Below, one piece after another: positions 40,958-51,399 of a stretch of 64,000 bases of DNA; the first letter of the stretch is position 1, and each line of letters opens with the position of its first letter. Origin of the DNA: a virus; the IMG/VR virus record IMGVR_UViG_3300024996_000004; one strand, given 5' to 3'. The translations under genes were made by a program, and so were the position numbers. Under the pieces are notes generated by a model, which was given only the letters and a program-made list of their open reading frames with translations, was not told where the DNA came from and ran no database searches.

Positions 40958-41251
40958 ATGACATCTAAAATTAATTTAATACCCGAAAATGATTATGTGT
41001 TTATAAAACATGAAAAAGTTAGAAAGAAAACAATGGCTTCTGGAATTATTATCGCAGAAGTTGATAAACATAAAGATGTATTATCGGGTGAAGTAATCGC
41101 TATCAATCCAAATTGTGATCGAACATTAGAAGTAAAAGTTGGAGATATTGCATATTTTATTGAATCAGATGTAAAATCTAGAACTACTCTCGACAATCAA
41201 GAATATGTAATAATAAGTGAGAGCAATATTCTGGCCGTTAATGAGCAATGA
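40958..41251 (+). CDS. groES: GroES-like co-chaperonin
   Basis: P.ND.V, T.SGIII, GEVIA, VKVGD, ESNILAV. Confidence 0.85.
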   Translation: MTSKINLIPENDYVFIKHEKVRKKTMASGIIIAEVDKHKDVLSGEVIAINPNCDRTLEVKVGDIAYFIESDVKSRTTLDNQEYVIISESNILAVNEQ

Positions 41252-41799
41252 TATATTCTAACGCTTGCGTTAGCATAGTCACTAATAATCATTAAAATTT
41301 AATGTTAAAGGTTCATTAAAATTTATTATTAATCTCTTAAAAAATTGTTGTTAAATTCAACATGATCTTTTGATTTAAATTTGTGCATTGAATATTTTAT
41401 ATGTTTGAATGTAAATTTAAACCCAATTCTGATATTTATTTTAAATATAAAACGTTATAAAACAGCGAATATTTTATTATTTGTTTAATATTGTTATAAT
41501 TGTTCGAAGCAAAAGATTTCAAATTACATTAATAATAGTTAAATATTGAAAATTGATTATCTTATGAAAAATAGAAAATTCTCAAGAATAATTTATTTTT
41601 GATAAATTATTCTTGTTAAAATAATTAAAATTAATGTTATATGAATAACAAATTTTTAATAAATGATTCTCCTTTTAAAATGAAATATCTCGGCACGAAA
41701 ATTGTATCATTTTAATACGTTACATGCAATATGCATTACATTTCACATTCATGAAGTATTCATTATTTTACTCTTGACTTTTCCATTGATTCCATTAGT

Positions 41800-42081
41800 A
41801 TGTGCATACACAAGGAGTCATCCATGAATCTATTAAACAAATACCTAATAGCTAGAGCGTTCATCGGCTTAGATGGCCCAGCCTTTTTTCTTATTGTAAT
41901 GTGCATAGCGAGTTATTTTTGCATTGCGTTATACGGATGGATTGTGTGGTTTCTACTATTCATAGTAGGCGGCGCACTACTACTCTATGTGTTCATTCGT
42001 ATAAGCGCAAATTACATTGCGAAAAATATGACAGAAGATGAAAAAATTTCTTTTCGCAGAAACCATCTAGGTCACGATTGA
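41800..42081 (+). CDS. membrane protein
   Basis: two TM segments; likely start 41824 after AAGGAG. Confidence 0.6.
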   Translation: MCIHKESSMNLLNKYLIARAFIGLDGPAFFLIVMCIASYFCIALYGWIVWFLLFIVGGALLLYVFIRISANYIAKNMTEDEKISFRRNHLGHD

Positions 42082-42084
42082 CGA

Positions 42085-42112
42085 TTGACATTAGCGTTAA
42101 ATGTGTTATAGT
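42085..42112 (+). promoter_or_regulatory. sigma70 promoter for rII operon
   Basis: TTGACA-N16-TATAGT with TG extension. Confidence 0.7.
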
Positions 42113-42179
42113 TACAACCAATCCGCCACCGACACAATATTGTGTCGATAATTTATAATTTTATTGAGAAAATTTATCA

Positions 42180-44360
42180 ATGATTATTAACAAGAATACC
42201 TCTACGCCAGTCATTACCAGTGGTCAGCTTGAAACCACTGAATATTCTATTCAGGCTGATGGCAAAATGTTTACCATGCTTATTGACAATTTGTACAAGA
42301 ATAAGCCCGGTACTGTCGTGCGTGAAATTTCTACTAACGCATTAGATTCACATATCATGGCTAAGTGTCCAGAAAAGCCTTTTGAAATTCATGTGCCATC
42401 GGTATATGAACCGTGGTTTAGTGTGACTGATTTTGGTGTTGGCATGGCACCGGATACAGTAAAGCATGTTTTTACTGTATTGGGTAAGAGCACGAAAGAT
42501 GCTTCTAATGAGGCAGTAGGTTCATATGGTTTGGGATCGAAATCATGTTTTTCGGTATCCAACACCTTCTCCGTTATTTCTATTTTCGATGGTGTTAAGA
42601 GTTATTATAATGCCATTATTGGCGAGAATAACATTCCATCTATTACACTTTTTGATGAAGAACCGACCGAAGAACATAATGGTGTTACTGTAAGTGTGCC
42701 TATTCCTATTGATGATTGTTCACGTTTCCGCCGTGAAATTTTTGAACAACTTCGATTCTTGGAAGTTAAGCCCATTCTGACTAATCACAATGAAAATCAA
42801 GGAAAGTTTCAAACTATTGAATTCGCTCATGATTTTGGTAATTTGAAGATTCCGACCAATTTGCGTGGCATTTGGATTGTACAGGGTCAGATTGGATATC
42901 CATTGGATATGGATCAAGTGCGAGAAAAGATCAAGAATAAGGATAATTTGGAATTCTTTTCACTGTACAACAATGCCATTTTGTATTTCGATATCGGTGA
43001 AATTGAAGTCACCATGAGCCGTGAAGCATTGTCTTATAGTGATTTTACGCTAAACAGTATTGAAAAATTCATTGATAAGTATGTGCCTATTCTGTGTGAT
43101 AACATTAAGAGTAAGGTTGATGCTTTCAAAAATGATTGGGATCGTTTGTGTTTTATCAATGACAATTATCAAAATCGTCGATTTGCCGCTCTATCCAAGC
43201 TTACTTTTGGAAAGAATGGTAATACGGGTGATAAGCTTTTAAAGATTACTGGCAATGCTTCTACTGATTATTCAATTTGGCTAACTAATGATTGGTTAAG
43301 CCCAACTAAGACACATTTGTTTAACATGTCTTATGTTGAATCATCGGGTAAGCGTGTATATTTTAATGGTTCTGAACTGTATATTACGCCAAAAGAGGGT
43401 GTAAAAGTATTTGTTCGTGATACTAATAAGCAAGCGATTGCAAAGCTTAAAAATTATATGTTTACCAGTCCATCTTCTGAAAAAGTTTACATGATTGAAC
43501 ACATTCAAGGTGCCGATCATGTGGATGATGCATTCATTGCTAAGATCAAAAATATGCTTGGTGGACTTGAACCAATTCTTATGTCTACATTCCCTGAACT
43601 TCCGAAGAATGCCAAGGCGCGTGGTGGTTCTCCTATCATTTATGTTAATGCAGATAACCGCATCAATTTAGAATCAATTTGGAAATGGAACAAGGTTTAT
43701 GAAGAAGAAGAAGTAGAATCGGGTTATTATATTTTGTTTGATCGTTTTCCAACTCTCGATTTGCAATATAATGATAGAGAATTGATTGAACGTATTCATC
43801 AAGGTGAATATTTTGATAAACCAATTTATGCTATTAAAAAATCTAAGTTCGATTTGATTAAAGATAATCCGAACTTTACTCCTGCTATTGATAAAGCAAA
43901 ACAACTTCTTGCCGAATTTGCCAATGAATTGCTAAAGAGTAAAACTATAATTAAACGTTATGGCGAAGCGAGAACTGCCATGGAATACCTTGAAACTATG
44001 ATCAATAATTTTGCATTCAGTTTCGAAAAATCAGACCTTGCTCGACTTGGAAAAAATTTCATTGCAACAAAACTTGACAACAGATTGCGGTTGGCAACAA
44101 AAATCGTGGATAATTATGCTAAAAAGTTGTACACTAATGATGTAGTTAAATCATCACTGGTTAATGACATGATTTCGAAGATTAATATTGACATTTCGAA
44201 ATACACCAATGATCTTAACTATGATGAAAAAGCTTTCAATGAAAAATATCCAATGATTTCTCATGTTCAAAACGGTTATTATTATCACAATAAAAAACAG
44301 CGTTCAAAAGATGTAACAGATTATATTATGCTCATTGACAAGATGCATGATATGCGTTAA
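42180..44360 (+). CDS. rIIA: rIIA-like protein
   Basis: LY.NK...VREI..NA.DSH, DFG.G, STK..SN..G.YGLGSK GHKL domain. Confidence 0.9.
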   Translation: MIINKNTSTPVITSGQLETTEYSIQADGKMFTMLIDNLYKNKPGTVVREISTNALDSHIMAKCPEKPFEIHVPSVYEPWFSVTDFGVGMAPDTVKHVFTVLGKSTKDASNEAVGSYGLGSKSCFSVSNTFSVISIFDGVKSYYNAIIGENNIPSITLFDEEPTEEHNGVTVSVPIPIDDCSRFRREIFEQLRFLEVKPILTNHNENQGKFQTIEFAHDFGNLKIPTNLRGIWIVQGQIGYPLDMDQVREKIKNKDNLEFFSLYNNAILYFDIGEIEVTMSREALSYSDFTLNSIEKFIDKYVPILCDNIKSKVDAFKNDWDRLCFINDNYQNRRFAALSKLTFGKNGNTGDKLLKITGNASTDYSIWLTNDWLSPTKTHLFNMSYVESSGKRVYFNGSELYITPKEGVKVFVRDTNKQAIAKLKNYMFTSPSSEKVYMIEHIQGADHVDDAFIAKIKNMLGGLEPILMSTFPELPKNAKARGGSPIIYVNADNRINLESIWKWNKVYEEEEVESGYYILFDRFPTLDLQYNDRELIERIHQGEYFDKPIYAIKKSKFDLIKDNPNFTPAIDKAKQLLAEFANELLKSKTIIKRYGEARTAMEYLETMINNFAFSFEKSDLARLGKNFIATKLDNRLRLATKIVDNYAKKLYTNDVVKSSLVNDMISKINIDISKYTNDLNYDEKAFNEKYPMISHVQNGYYYHNKKQRSKDVTDYIMLIDKMHDMR

Positions 44361-44391
44361 ACTTAATTATCACTAATATTTGGAGAGTCAC

Positions 44392-45375
44392 ATGACTAAA
44401 GCGTTTGCATACCAATACAAACTGAATCACTCAATCACAATCTTTTCTAATGGAAAGCTTGTTACCATCGACAAAAGTTCTTTGAACTATGAAGTCGTTC
44501 TTAATGCCTTAAAGAAAGGTGATTATGAAACAGTAGAAAATTGTCTAACTGTGGCTAAAGCGATTGCAGATCATACTGATGGTCGCATTGAAATCTATGG
44601 TGAAGATATTTACCTTGATAAAAAGCCCATTCATCCTGCATTAAATGCTCGTGTATATGCAATGTTTAAGAATGGGTTTAATGTATCACCATTGTTTAGG
44701 TTTTTGGAAAATCTACAAGCTAATCCAACACAAAGTGCACGGGACGAATTGTATCTTTTTTTGGAAAATAATGATCTTCCCATTACACCAGACGGTTATT
44801 TTCTCGCGTATAAAATGGTGAAGTCTGATTACACAGATTGTTATACTGGTACGTTTGATAATTCTATTGGTCAAAAGCCTTCCATGCGTCGTGAAGATGT
44901 TGATCCTGATCGAGAACAGACATGTTCACAAGGTTTGCATTTCTGTTCTTATGGTTATCTTAGCAGTGGATATGGTGGAAATCGTTCTAAATTACGTTTG
45001 ATGGTATTGAAGATTAATCCTAAGGACGTAGTTAGCATCCCTTCTGATTATCAAAATGCAAAAGGACGTTGTTGGACTTATGAAGTAATTGATGAATTGC
45101 CAAATTATGATGACACTTTAACTAGTGATTATAATTACAATCATGATGAAGATTATAATGAAGATTATGATGAAGATTATGATGAAGATTATGATGAAGA
45201 TTATGATACAAAATCATTGAATTCTTCGACTAAACTTAACAAGGATAATGTTAGAGAAATTCGAATCATGTTAAATGATGGTTGGACTCTGAAAGGTATT
45301 GCTGAACGTTTTAGTGTCTCTCCGCGTCAAATTGCTCGCATTCGTGACGGTGAAAATTGGTCACATATAGTTTAG
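44392..45375 (+). CDS. rIIB: rIIB-like protein with acidic linker and C-terminal HTH
   Basis: ELY.FL....PIT.DG.FLAYK, CS.GLH, VVSIP.DY..KGR...YEV. Confidence 0.9.
   Translation: MTKAFAYQYKLNHSITIFSNGKLVTIDKSSLNYEVVLNALKKGDYETVENCLTVAKAIADHTDGRIEIYGEDIYLDKKPIHPALNARVYAMFKNGFNVSPLFRFLENLQANPTQSARDELYLFLENNDLPITPDGYFLAYKMVKSDYTDCYTGTFDNSIGQKPSMRREDVDPDREQTCSQGLHFCSYGYLSSGYGGNRSKLRLMVLKINPKDVVSIPSDYQNAKGRCWTYEVIDELPNYDDTLTSDYNYNHDEDYNEDYDEDYDEDYDEDYDTKSLNSSTKLNKDNVREIRIMLNDGWTLKGIAERFSVSPRQIARIRDGENWSHIV
45142..45207 (+). repeat. 12-bp coding repeat (DEDY)n in rIIB
   Basis: GATGAAGATTAT units. Confidence 0.85.
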
Positions 45376-45407
45376 TGTGAAATTGCACTCACTTTCATTG
45401 AAAGTGA

Positions 45408-45905
45408 GTGCAACTTTTTTGGACACACATTTTGAAATTAAAAATAATTACAAAAAATTCTAACGATCCTAACAACCCAATATATCTAGATGCAGTAAAA
45501 TACTTCTTAAGAATTTTACTTAATGATGTTGATTATGAACATGTTGAGAGAATAGATATTAAAGTCGATTCTGTAATGAGTGATTTTGGTGAATGTTTTA
45601 TAAGAAAATTAAAAAACAAAAAAATAACAGTAAGAATTAAAGTAAAAAAAGGCTTATCATTTATTCAAACTTTGCTTACACTGGCGCATGAATCTACTCA
45701 TGCTGAACAATTTATTACTAAACGACTGGTAATTGCCAAATCTGGAATGTGGTATTGGAATAATAATGCATATGGAGAAATGCCTTATTTGGGATTGAAA
45801 CAAGATGAAATATATGATATTCTTCCATGGGAGCGTGAAGCAGTTTACAAAGAAACTGAATTATTTTTACAATACATGAATTATTATATAGAATCTAATA
45901 GTTGA
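45408..45905 (+). CDS. HExxH zincin-like protein
   Basis: LAHESTHAEQ, PWEREA; start uncertain. Confidence 0.7.
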   Translation: MQLFWTHILKLKIITKNSNDPNNPIYLDAVKYFLRILLNDVDYEHVERIDIKVDSVMSDFGECFIRKLKNKKITVRIKVKKGLSFIQTLLTLAHESTHAEQFITKRLVIAKSGMWYWNNNAYGEMPYLGLKQDEIYDILPWEREAVYKETELFLQYMNYYIESNS

Positions 45906-45914
45906 GAAAACGTA

Positions 45915-46517
45915 ATGGCAACGAAATGCTATAAATTAACGACACAAAACAATTTCACCATGAAGAAAACACTATGGGGAGAAAATGTATCTCATTCTGT
46001 TTCAGGTAAAGGAGAATTGTGTTCAGCTGGTTGGTTGCATGCTTATTCTCATCCATTATTGGCAGTATTGTTGAATCCAATACATGCTAATATAAAGAAT
46101 CCTAAGTTATGGGAAGCTTACGGTTCAGGACTAAAAAAGTCTGATCATGGATTAAAACTAGGATTTACAAAGTTGACCACAAAGAAAGAAATAGCATTAC
46201 CAGTAATTACTGATACACAGAAAATAGCATTTGCTATTCTTTGTGCTCTTGAAGTTTGTAAAGAACCAAGATTTGTGACATGGGCTAATAATTGGTTATC
46301 TGGTAAAGATCGAACTGCGGATGCTGCTGCCTATGCTGCCTATGATGCTGCTTATGCTGCTTATGCTGCTTATGCTGCTAAAAATGCTGCCAAGGCTGCT
46401 GAAAATGCTCGTTATGCTGCCAAAGACTATTATAATGTTTATATTGCTACTGCTGCTAACAATGTTAACAATGATATTGATTTAATCAAATTAGCCAAAA
46501 AAGCTATGAAATATTGA
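45915..46517 (+). CDS. family A paralog 1 (MATKCYKLT, Ala-rich variable cassette)
   Basis: paralogous to 53982, 60855, 63656. Confidence 0.85.
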   Translation: MATKCYKLTTQNNFTMKKTLWGENVSHSVSGKGELCSAGWLHAYSHPLLAVLLNPIHANIKNPKLWEAYGSGLKKSDHGLKLGFTKLTTKKEIALPVITDTQKIAFAILCALEVCKEPRFVTWANNWLSGKDRTADAAAYAAYDAAYAAYAAYAAKNAAKAAENARYAAKDYYNVYIATAANNVNNDIDLIKLAKKAMKY

Positions 46518-46558
46518 TTAAGACATTTAACATAATTAAAAATTGGAGATAATAGATA

Positions 46559-47077
46559 ATGAAGTTTAATTTGAACTCTGCAATGAATGATATCAATTTT
46601 CTACACGAAAATTGTGAAAGATTTTGTGGAGATAAAAATCGTTTCTATAATGGTAAGGTGAGTTCGGGTGCTTATGGTTCAGTTTATATTCCCAAGAAAG
46701 AATCTTATGTCATCAAACGAGTGAATCGTTTTGATGACTATGGTTATACTGCTTATGCAAAATATTGCAGACGATCATATGTAAATAATCGTCATCTTCC
46801 ACAAATTTATAAAATCATTGTTCGCGGAGATTTTCGATATTTTATTATTGAAAAACTGAAACATAATATTAAGGCTCAGATGTTGGAAGAAAAAATTAAT
46901 GATTATTTTTATAAAAGTTATAAAACTAATCCCATTAATTGGAAGAAAAATAACGCTTTAAAAAAAGTTTTAAATAAAATTCGGAAATTATCGAAAACGT
47001 GTGGTGAAATAGATATCCATTATAATAATATTATGATGCGTGGAAAAACGTTTGTCATCACTGACCCATTATGTTAA
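46559..47077 (+). CDS. protein-kinase-like protein
   Basis: SGAYGSVY, VIK, EKL, DIHYNNIM, ITDP. Confidence 0.75.
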   Translation: MKFNLNSAMNDINFLHENCERFCGDKNRFYNGKVSSGAYGSVYIPKKESYVIKRVNRFDDYGYTAYAKYCRRSYVNNRHLPQIYKIIVRGDFRYFIIEKLKHNIKAQMLEEKINDYFYKSYKTNPINWKKNNALKKVLNKIRKLSKTCGEIDIHYNNIMMRGKTFVITDPLC

Positions 47078-47085
47078 GATAAATT

Positions 47086-47412
47086 ATGCAATTACCTTAT
47101 TTTGTAAATGAATACATTAACCGTGAAATAATTAATAACAATCAAGTAAGAGTTGAAATTAATGAATTTTCACCTGACAATAAAATTGTTGTAAATAAAT
47201 TTGGATTAACTTTTGGAATTGACCGTTGTTTTCATGGATTGAATGGAGAAAAAATTACCATAGATCATTATATTTTGAATACGTTAAAATATTCTAGGAA
47301 AAATATTAAAATATATTTAAATAATAAATTGCTTTCTGACATTAAACCTCTTATGCTTGAGGCTCCATCGAAAACACCACCGACCATTAATTTAAATGAC
47401 ACTAAAGGATAA
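47086..47412 (+). CDS. hypothetical protein
   Basis: 108 aa ORF. Confidence 0.5.
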   Translation: MQLPYFVNEYINREIINNNQVRVEINEFSPDNKIVVNKFGLTFGIDRCFHGLNGEKITIDHYILNTLKYSRKNIKIYLNNKLLSDIKPLMLEAPSKTPPTINLNDTKG

Positions 47413-47414
47413 TT

Positions 47415-47618
47415 ATGAAAACGTTTTTGTATAATGCTGCATTAGCTATCGTAGTTTTGTTAATTTTGACTGTATCTATCCTTAGCATTTTTGACACTAC
47501 TACTATCTTAGCTCGGAGTGTTTCTACCATTTTTTTCGCTATAATTATTGCAACTATTATAGGTGTATCTAAACTGGCTTACATTGAACACAAAGATAAA
47601 ATGACGCCGGATGATTAA
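47415..47618 (+). CDS. small membrane protein
   Basis: two TM helices. Confidence 0.6.
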   Translation: MKTFLYNAALAIVVLLILTVSILSIFDTTTILARSVSTIFFAIIIATIIGVSKLAYIEHKDKMTPDD

Positions 47619-48286
47619 TGATGAAAATCACTAAGAAATTTGTGACAAAGCTGTTGTCAGTTGTCGATCAGGGATTGGTTAAAGGCATTGGCGAACCAAT
47701 TCCCGGTAAGATGTGTGTCGAAGCTGCTGTGTGCTATGCTCAAGGTTTGCCACATAACGATAAACCGACTTGTGTCGGCAGTACTGTACGATCATTTAAA
47801 ATTAAATTAAATGATGCAGATTGGTCTAGCAATGCTGCTCGTGCTGCTGGTATGCGAAAACTAGCGGTGGCGCAGCTTGGTAGTGATAGTATTGATCAGT
47901 TAGAATTTGCAAAGATTATGGTGGAGCAAACAATCCGTCGCATAGTACCCGTAGTTATGCGCAATGCTGCTAATACTGTTCCTGAACATGCCGAAGAATT
48001 TAACAATGCTGCAAAGGATTGTGAAGAACTCGGGGATTTGAATGCAATTTTGACTGCCGAAAGACTCACTCGTCATAACAACATTTATGGTTTGGTTAAT
48101 CGGTGTGCGTATGCTGCTGGATGTGTTAATTATCATCCATCTCTTGCCGTTAATGAATTGGTTAATGGAGTTATCCACATTTCGGATTTAGATAATTCAG
48201 AATTATTTACTATTGCTGACATTGGATTACAAGCTTTGATTCAATTAAATTCTCCGGGTTGCAAGTATTTGACATTATGTGATTAA
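47618..48286 (+). CDS. family B paralog 1 (ITKKFV..MCVEAAVC; lacks Ala-rich cassette)
   Basis: paralogous to 51794 and 58594. Confidence 0.85.
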   Translation: MMKITKKFVTKLLSVVDQGLVKGIGEPIPGKMCVEAAVCYAQGLPHNDKPTCVGSTVRSFKIKLNDADWSSNAARAAGMRKLAVAQLGSDSIDQLEFAKIMVEQTIRRIVPVVMRNAANTVPEHAEEFNNAAKDCEELGDLNAILTAERLTRHNNIYGLVNRCAYAAGCVNYHPSLAVNELVNGVIHISDLDNSELFTIADIGLQALIQLNSPGCKYLTLCD

Positions 48287-48635
48287 TATTGTACAATTAT
48301 TTAAATCGAGTAAAATTATGAACAGAACAGAATTGACAGAAAAACTTAAATCGTTAAATTTTGATCAAGCTTCAAACATCAAATTTTTTAGAATTTTATG
48401 GTCACGTTTAACGGAATTGAATATTCCATCTGATGATGCAACAAAAATTGCATCTATTGTGGAATATGATTTTAGCAATGTTCCAGAAGATAATGATAGT
48501 TTGAGTGAGTTTGCCACTGAATATGCTGAATATGCTCACAAAGCTTACAAATATATCAAAATGATAGGTGTAAAAGATATTACTCCTTTATTGAAGTATT
48601 TCAAAATTGAAAAAATGGAGATAACCAGTTTATGA
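48279..48635 (+). CDS. hypothetical protein
   Basis: 118 aa ORF. Confidence 0.55.
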   Translation: MINIVQLFKSSKIMNRTELTEKLKSLNFDQASNIKFFRILWSRLTELNIPSDDATKIASIVEYDFSNVPEDNDSLSEFATEYAEYAHKAYKYIKMIGVKDITPLLKYFKIEKMEITSL

Positions 48636-49054
48636 ACAAAGACATGAAAACTATTATCATTGATGGTAAACCATTATCTATTTCTTTGATATCACAAGAT
48701 GAAGTTAATAAGTATGAAAAGGAAATTAACGATATTCTGATGATATTGGGACATCCAGAAGCATTAGTTACAGATGAATCGACTATTCAAGATTTTATGA
48801 CTGATACAAGTTATTTGGATGAAGAAGATAAAATTTTGGAATTAACTTTTCAAAATGAAATCTTAGATGACTTATCTGAATATGTTAATTATAAAGTTCA
48901 TGGTTTTGAAACTCTTGTATCGTTGGCTAAACATGCAAATGAATGCATTGTTCAATTTGATTTAGATTTTGGGTCTATTCCTGATACCACGTCTGTAGAA
49001 GTTATGGAAGCTGGACAGATTTTGCAATCAGCACAACATAATGATGAATGTTAA
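48632..49054 (+). CDS. hypothetical acidic protein
   Basis: 140 aa ORF, LVTDES.I.DF. Confidence 0.6.
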   Translation: MNKDMKTIIIDGKPLSISLISQDEVNKYEKEINDILMILGHPEALVTDESTIQDFMTDTSYLDEEDKILELTFQNEILDDLSEYVNYKVHGFETLVSLAKHANECIVQFDLDFGSIPDTTSVEVMEAGQILQSAQHNDEC

Positions 49055-49098
49055 AAGTAATGTTCAATATCATTAACATTTAAAGCCTAGAATTTATT

Positions 49099-49617
49099 CT
49101 AGGCTTTTTGTTTATATGGTCTTATGTATCCTTGTGCAGTAATGCGCTTATTGTTTGAATCTCTTAAAACTTTGAATTCTTTTTGTAACAAATCATGTTC
49201 ACGTTGTTTAAGATACACTTTCTTACCATCTTCATTTTTATAAACATATAATTTTACTTTCGGATCATGCCCTATACGATTGCCAGAACTTCCTAAAGCG
49301 ATGGCTACGGTTTTCCAATTTTGTCCATGACCAGTATCACCATAAGGCTTGTCATTCAAGTCTAGCCACAAGCATATAATGTGTGCAACTTCATGCGGAA
49401 CTATTTCAGACAGTATGAAGTCTAAATTATCTTCTACAACTTTTGTCGAAAACTTGACATACCATCCCCATTTCTTGTTGTGTCCTGCCCAACCAGCCGA
49501 GCCAATTAGATTATCCGAATACAATATTTGATCAATTCTAGCTTTAGCCTTGAACTTTCGATTGCCATATCTCAAACATTCTTCGACTTTGTTTAAAACT
49601 TTGTTTTGGACTTTCAT
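49099..49617 (-). CDS. SprT-like metalloprotease
   Basis: AG.A, VPHEVAH, HG..WK. Confidence 0.8.
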   Translation of the reverse strand: MKVQNKVLNKVEECLRYGNRKFKAKARIDQILYSDNLIGSAGWAGHNKKWGWYVKFSTKVVEDNLDFILSEIVPHEVAHIICLWLDLNDKPYGDTGHGQNWKTVAIALGSSGNRIGHDPKVKLYVYKNEDGKKVYLKQREHDLLQKEFKVLRDSNNKRITAQGYIRPYKQKA

Positions 49618-49658
49618 AGAAAATGATATTTGTTGATGATATTTATAAAGAAAACTCT

Positions 49659-49850
49659 TTAAGGGGTTTCTTTATGGGAACCTGTTATTAATGGAGTAAG
49701 ACTATTTGGTGTAGCTACCATGGTGCAAGGTTCATTCCAATATTGCTCACATTGTGATACAGCATTCATTCTTTGAAAAGAGGCAATAATAATGCTAACC
49801 ATTAATACTAACCAACACCAAAACCAAAAAATTCCAGTACGCTTATTCAT
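49659..49850 (-). CDS. small membrane protein
   Basis: N-terminal TM, AAGGA RBS. Confidence 0.55.
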   Translation of the reverse strand: MNKRTGIFWFWCWLVLMVSIIIASFQRMNAVSQCEQYWNEPCTMVATPNSLTPLITGSHKETP

Positions 49851-49909
49851 TTTTAATATCCTTAATAGAAAAAATCCTATCAGGAATATTCCCGATAGGA
49901 TTCGTTAGT

Positions 49910-50092
49910 TTAGTTTTTTAAATCATCAATATTGAACAATTCAGGTCCAACAGTTAATCTATAACGTCCATCACAAAAAGTAACTTTCCCATAATAGTTT
50001 GAATTGTCATCATATAATGGAATGAATTTATTGTAACGAAACTGTGAAGAATCAATATCCAATGTACTCAAAATATTATTTACAATATGCAT
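49910..50092 (-). CDS. hypothetical protein
   Basis: 60 aa, GAGGG RBS. Confidence 0.5.
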   Translation of the reverse strand: MHIVNNILSTLDIDSSQFRYNKFIPLYDDNSNYYGKVTFCDGRYRLTVGPELFNIDDLKN

Positions 50093-50145
50093 AAAAATAT
50101 CCCTCTAATAATAATTAAATGTCACGATGGAATATTATTTATTGG

Positions 50146-50385
50146 TTATTTCACTCGTTTAACAATCTTTCTCCAATCTGCCGGAACATGTGTAGAAGGT
50201 TTATCACTCTTTACGATAATTTGACCGCGTTCATTGCAAATAAACACATCTAGTCGATCAAATTCTTTCACCAACTTAGTATGAAAGGTTAAAGAGTTTT
50301 GTTTAATGCCTTCTCTTACATCATAAGCATCTTTAATAGGGTTGAAAAAATAAATGGTGCCGCCATTGTGAAAACTATATTTCAT
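50146..50385 (-). CDS. hypothetical protein
   Basis: 79 aa, AAGGA RBS. Confidence 0.55.
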   Translation of the reverse strand: MKYSFHNGGTIYFFNPIKDAYDVREGIKQNSLTFHTKLVKEFDRLDVFICNERGQIIVKSDKPSTHVPADWRKIVKRVK

Positions 50386-50402
50386 AATATGTTCCTTTCT
50401 TA

Positions 50403-50633
50403 TTATTGTTCAGTTGCTAGAGTTTTTACGATTCTGCTTTCAGCCACAAAGGTAGAATTGTGGTCAAAACGATCACAAATCATTCCAGCTTTGGTTTTCA
50501 TTTCAATGTAACTTTGCATTTCAGCTTCATCATTGAAAGTTCTAGTGGTGGAATAAAGCGGAGAGCCGTTTCTTCGAGAGAGGATGAGATATTTATCCAC
50601 TGTTGTTATCCCTGTAAAAAGTGTGATTGCCAA
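50403..50633 (-). CDS. hypothetical protein
   Basis: ORF, start probably internal (GTG near 50600). Confidence 0.5.
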   Translation of the reverse strand: MAITLFTGITTVDKYLILSRRNGSPLYSTTRTFNDEAEMQSYIEMKTKAGMICDRFDHNSTFVAESRIVKTLATEQ

Positions 50634-51183
50634 TTTTGGCGATAATGGTTATGTCACGGCGATGTTTATCTAACCTTGACACATGGAATGATAAAGCATG
50701 AGGAACATTATTGTCAACTAATTTAAGAAGAATTTCTTCTGCAACATTCAAACAATTCTGATAAGCTGCATTAGAAATAATCCGATTCAACTTGCCTACG
50801 CCATCGCTATCACAATACCATGAAAATTGACAATATGTTTTGCTTTTAATTTGAGTAGTTTGTTTGACTACTCCACAAATAGTATCAGGATACTTATCGG
50901 ATTTTGTTCTATTGACAACAACATATCCAACAGCTATCTTTCCCGATGATGGCTCGCCGCGAGCTTCATAATAGATCGTCTTGGCAAGACAGTTGAGATC
51001 ATCTTTAGATATAACAGGTTCAATAATTCTAATTTTAGAATTATCTATATTATGATGAATATCTGTCACTATCGTTTTAGGTAAAGTGACAGGGGTTAAA
51101 TCTATCGTTCTTACATTTCTAATACTACATCCGCTGCATAAAAATATACAGATCATACCCATTACTGCGATACATTGTCTCAT
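50593..51183 (-). CDS. SleB-like cell wall hydrolase (Hydrolase_2)
   Basis: CLAKTIYYEARGE...G..AV..VV.NR, P.TICGVV.Q, QFSW, IGNH.FY. Confidence 0.9.
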   Translation of the reverse strand: MRQCIAVMGMICIFLCSGCSIRNVRTIDLTPVTLPKTIVTDIHHNIDNSKIRIIEPVISKDDLNCLAKTIYYEARGEPSSGKIAVGYVVVNRTKSDKYPDTICGVVKQTTQIKSKTYCQFSWYCDSDGVGKLNRIISNAAYQNCLNVAEEILLKLVDNNVPHALSFHVSRLDKHRRDITIIAKIGNHTFYRDNNSG

Positions 51184-51214
51184 GGTTCGGTCCTTTTATT
51201 TAATTTTAATAAAG

Positions 51215-51252
51215 AAAAAAGCCCTGACAAGCAAACCTTGTCAGGGCTTAAA
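51215..51252 (-). terminator. intrinsic terminator after tRNA
   Basis: AAGCCCTGACAAG..CTTGTCAGGGCTT plus U tract on minus strand. Confidence 0.8.
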
Positions 51253-51300
51253 CTTTTGCAGATTTAAATAATCAGCAGTTCTGCATCTACTTAATATTTT

Positions 51301-51385
51301 AGAACCGTATGGGATTCGAACCCATGATAGGATTTCTCCCCGCAGATTGAAAGTCTGCTCACTTCAGCCACTTGTATAACGGTTC
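51301..51385 (-). tRNA. tRNA-Glu(UUC) anticodon on a class II (long variable arm) body, no encoded CCA
   Basis: GAACCGT/ACGGTTC acceptor, GCAGA-CTTTCAA-TCTGC, variable GGGA-GAAA-TCCT, TTCGAAT T-loop. Confidence 0.75.
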
Positions 51386-51399
51386 ACAATGTTTTATTT

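Noticed and set aside
51340-51360. Opal suppressor or Sec tRNA (UCA) reading of the 51301 tRNA
   Set aside because: The 5-bp stem fixes a 7-nt loop CTTTCAA centred on TTC; genes in the window end normally at TGA, TAG and TAA, so there is no sign of recoding.
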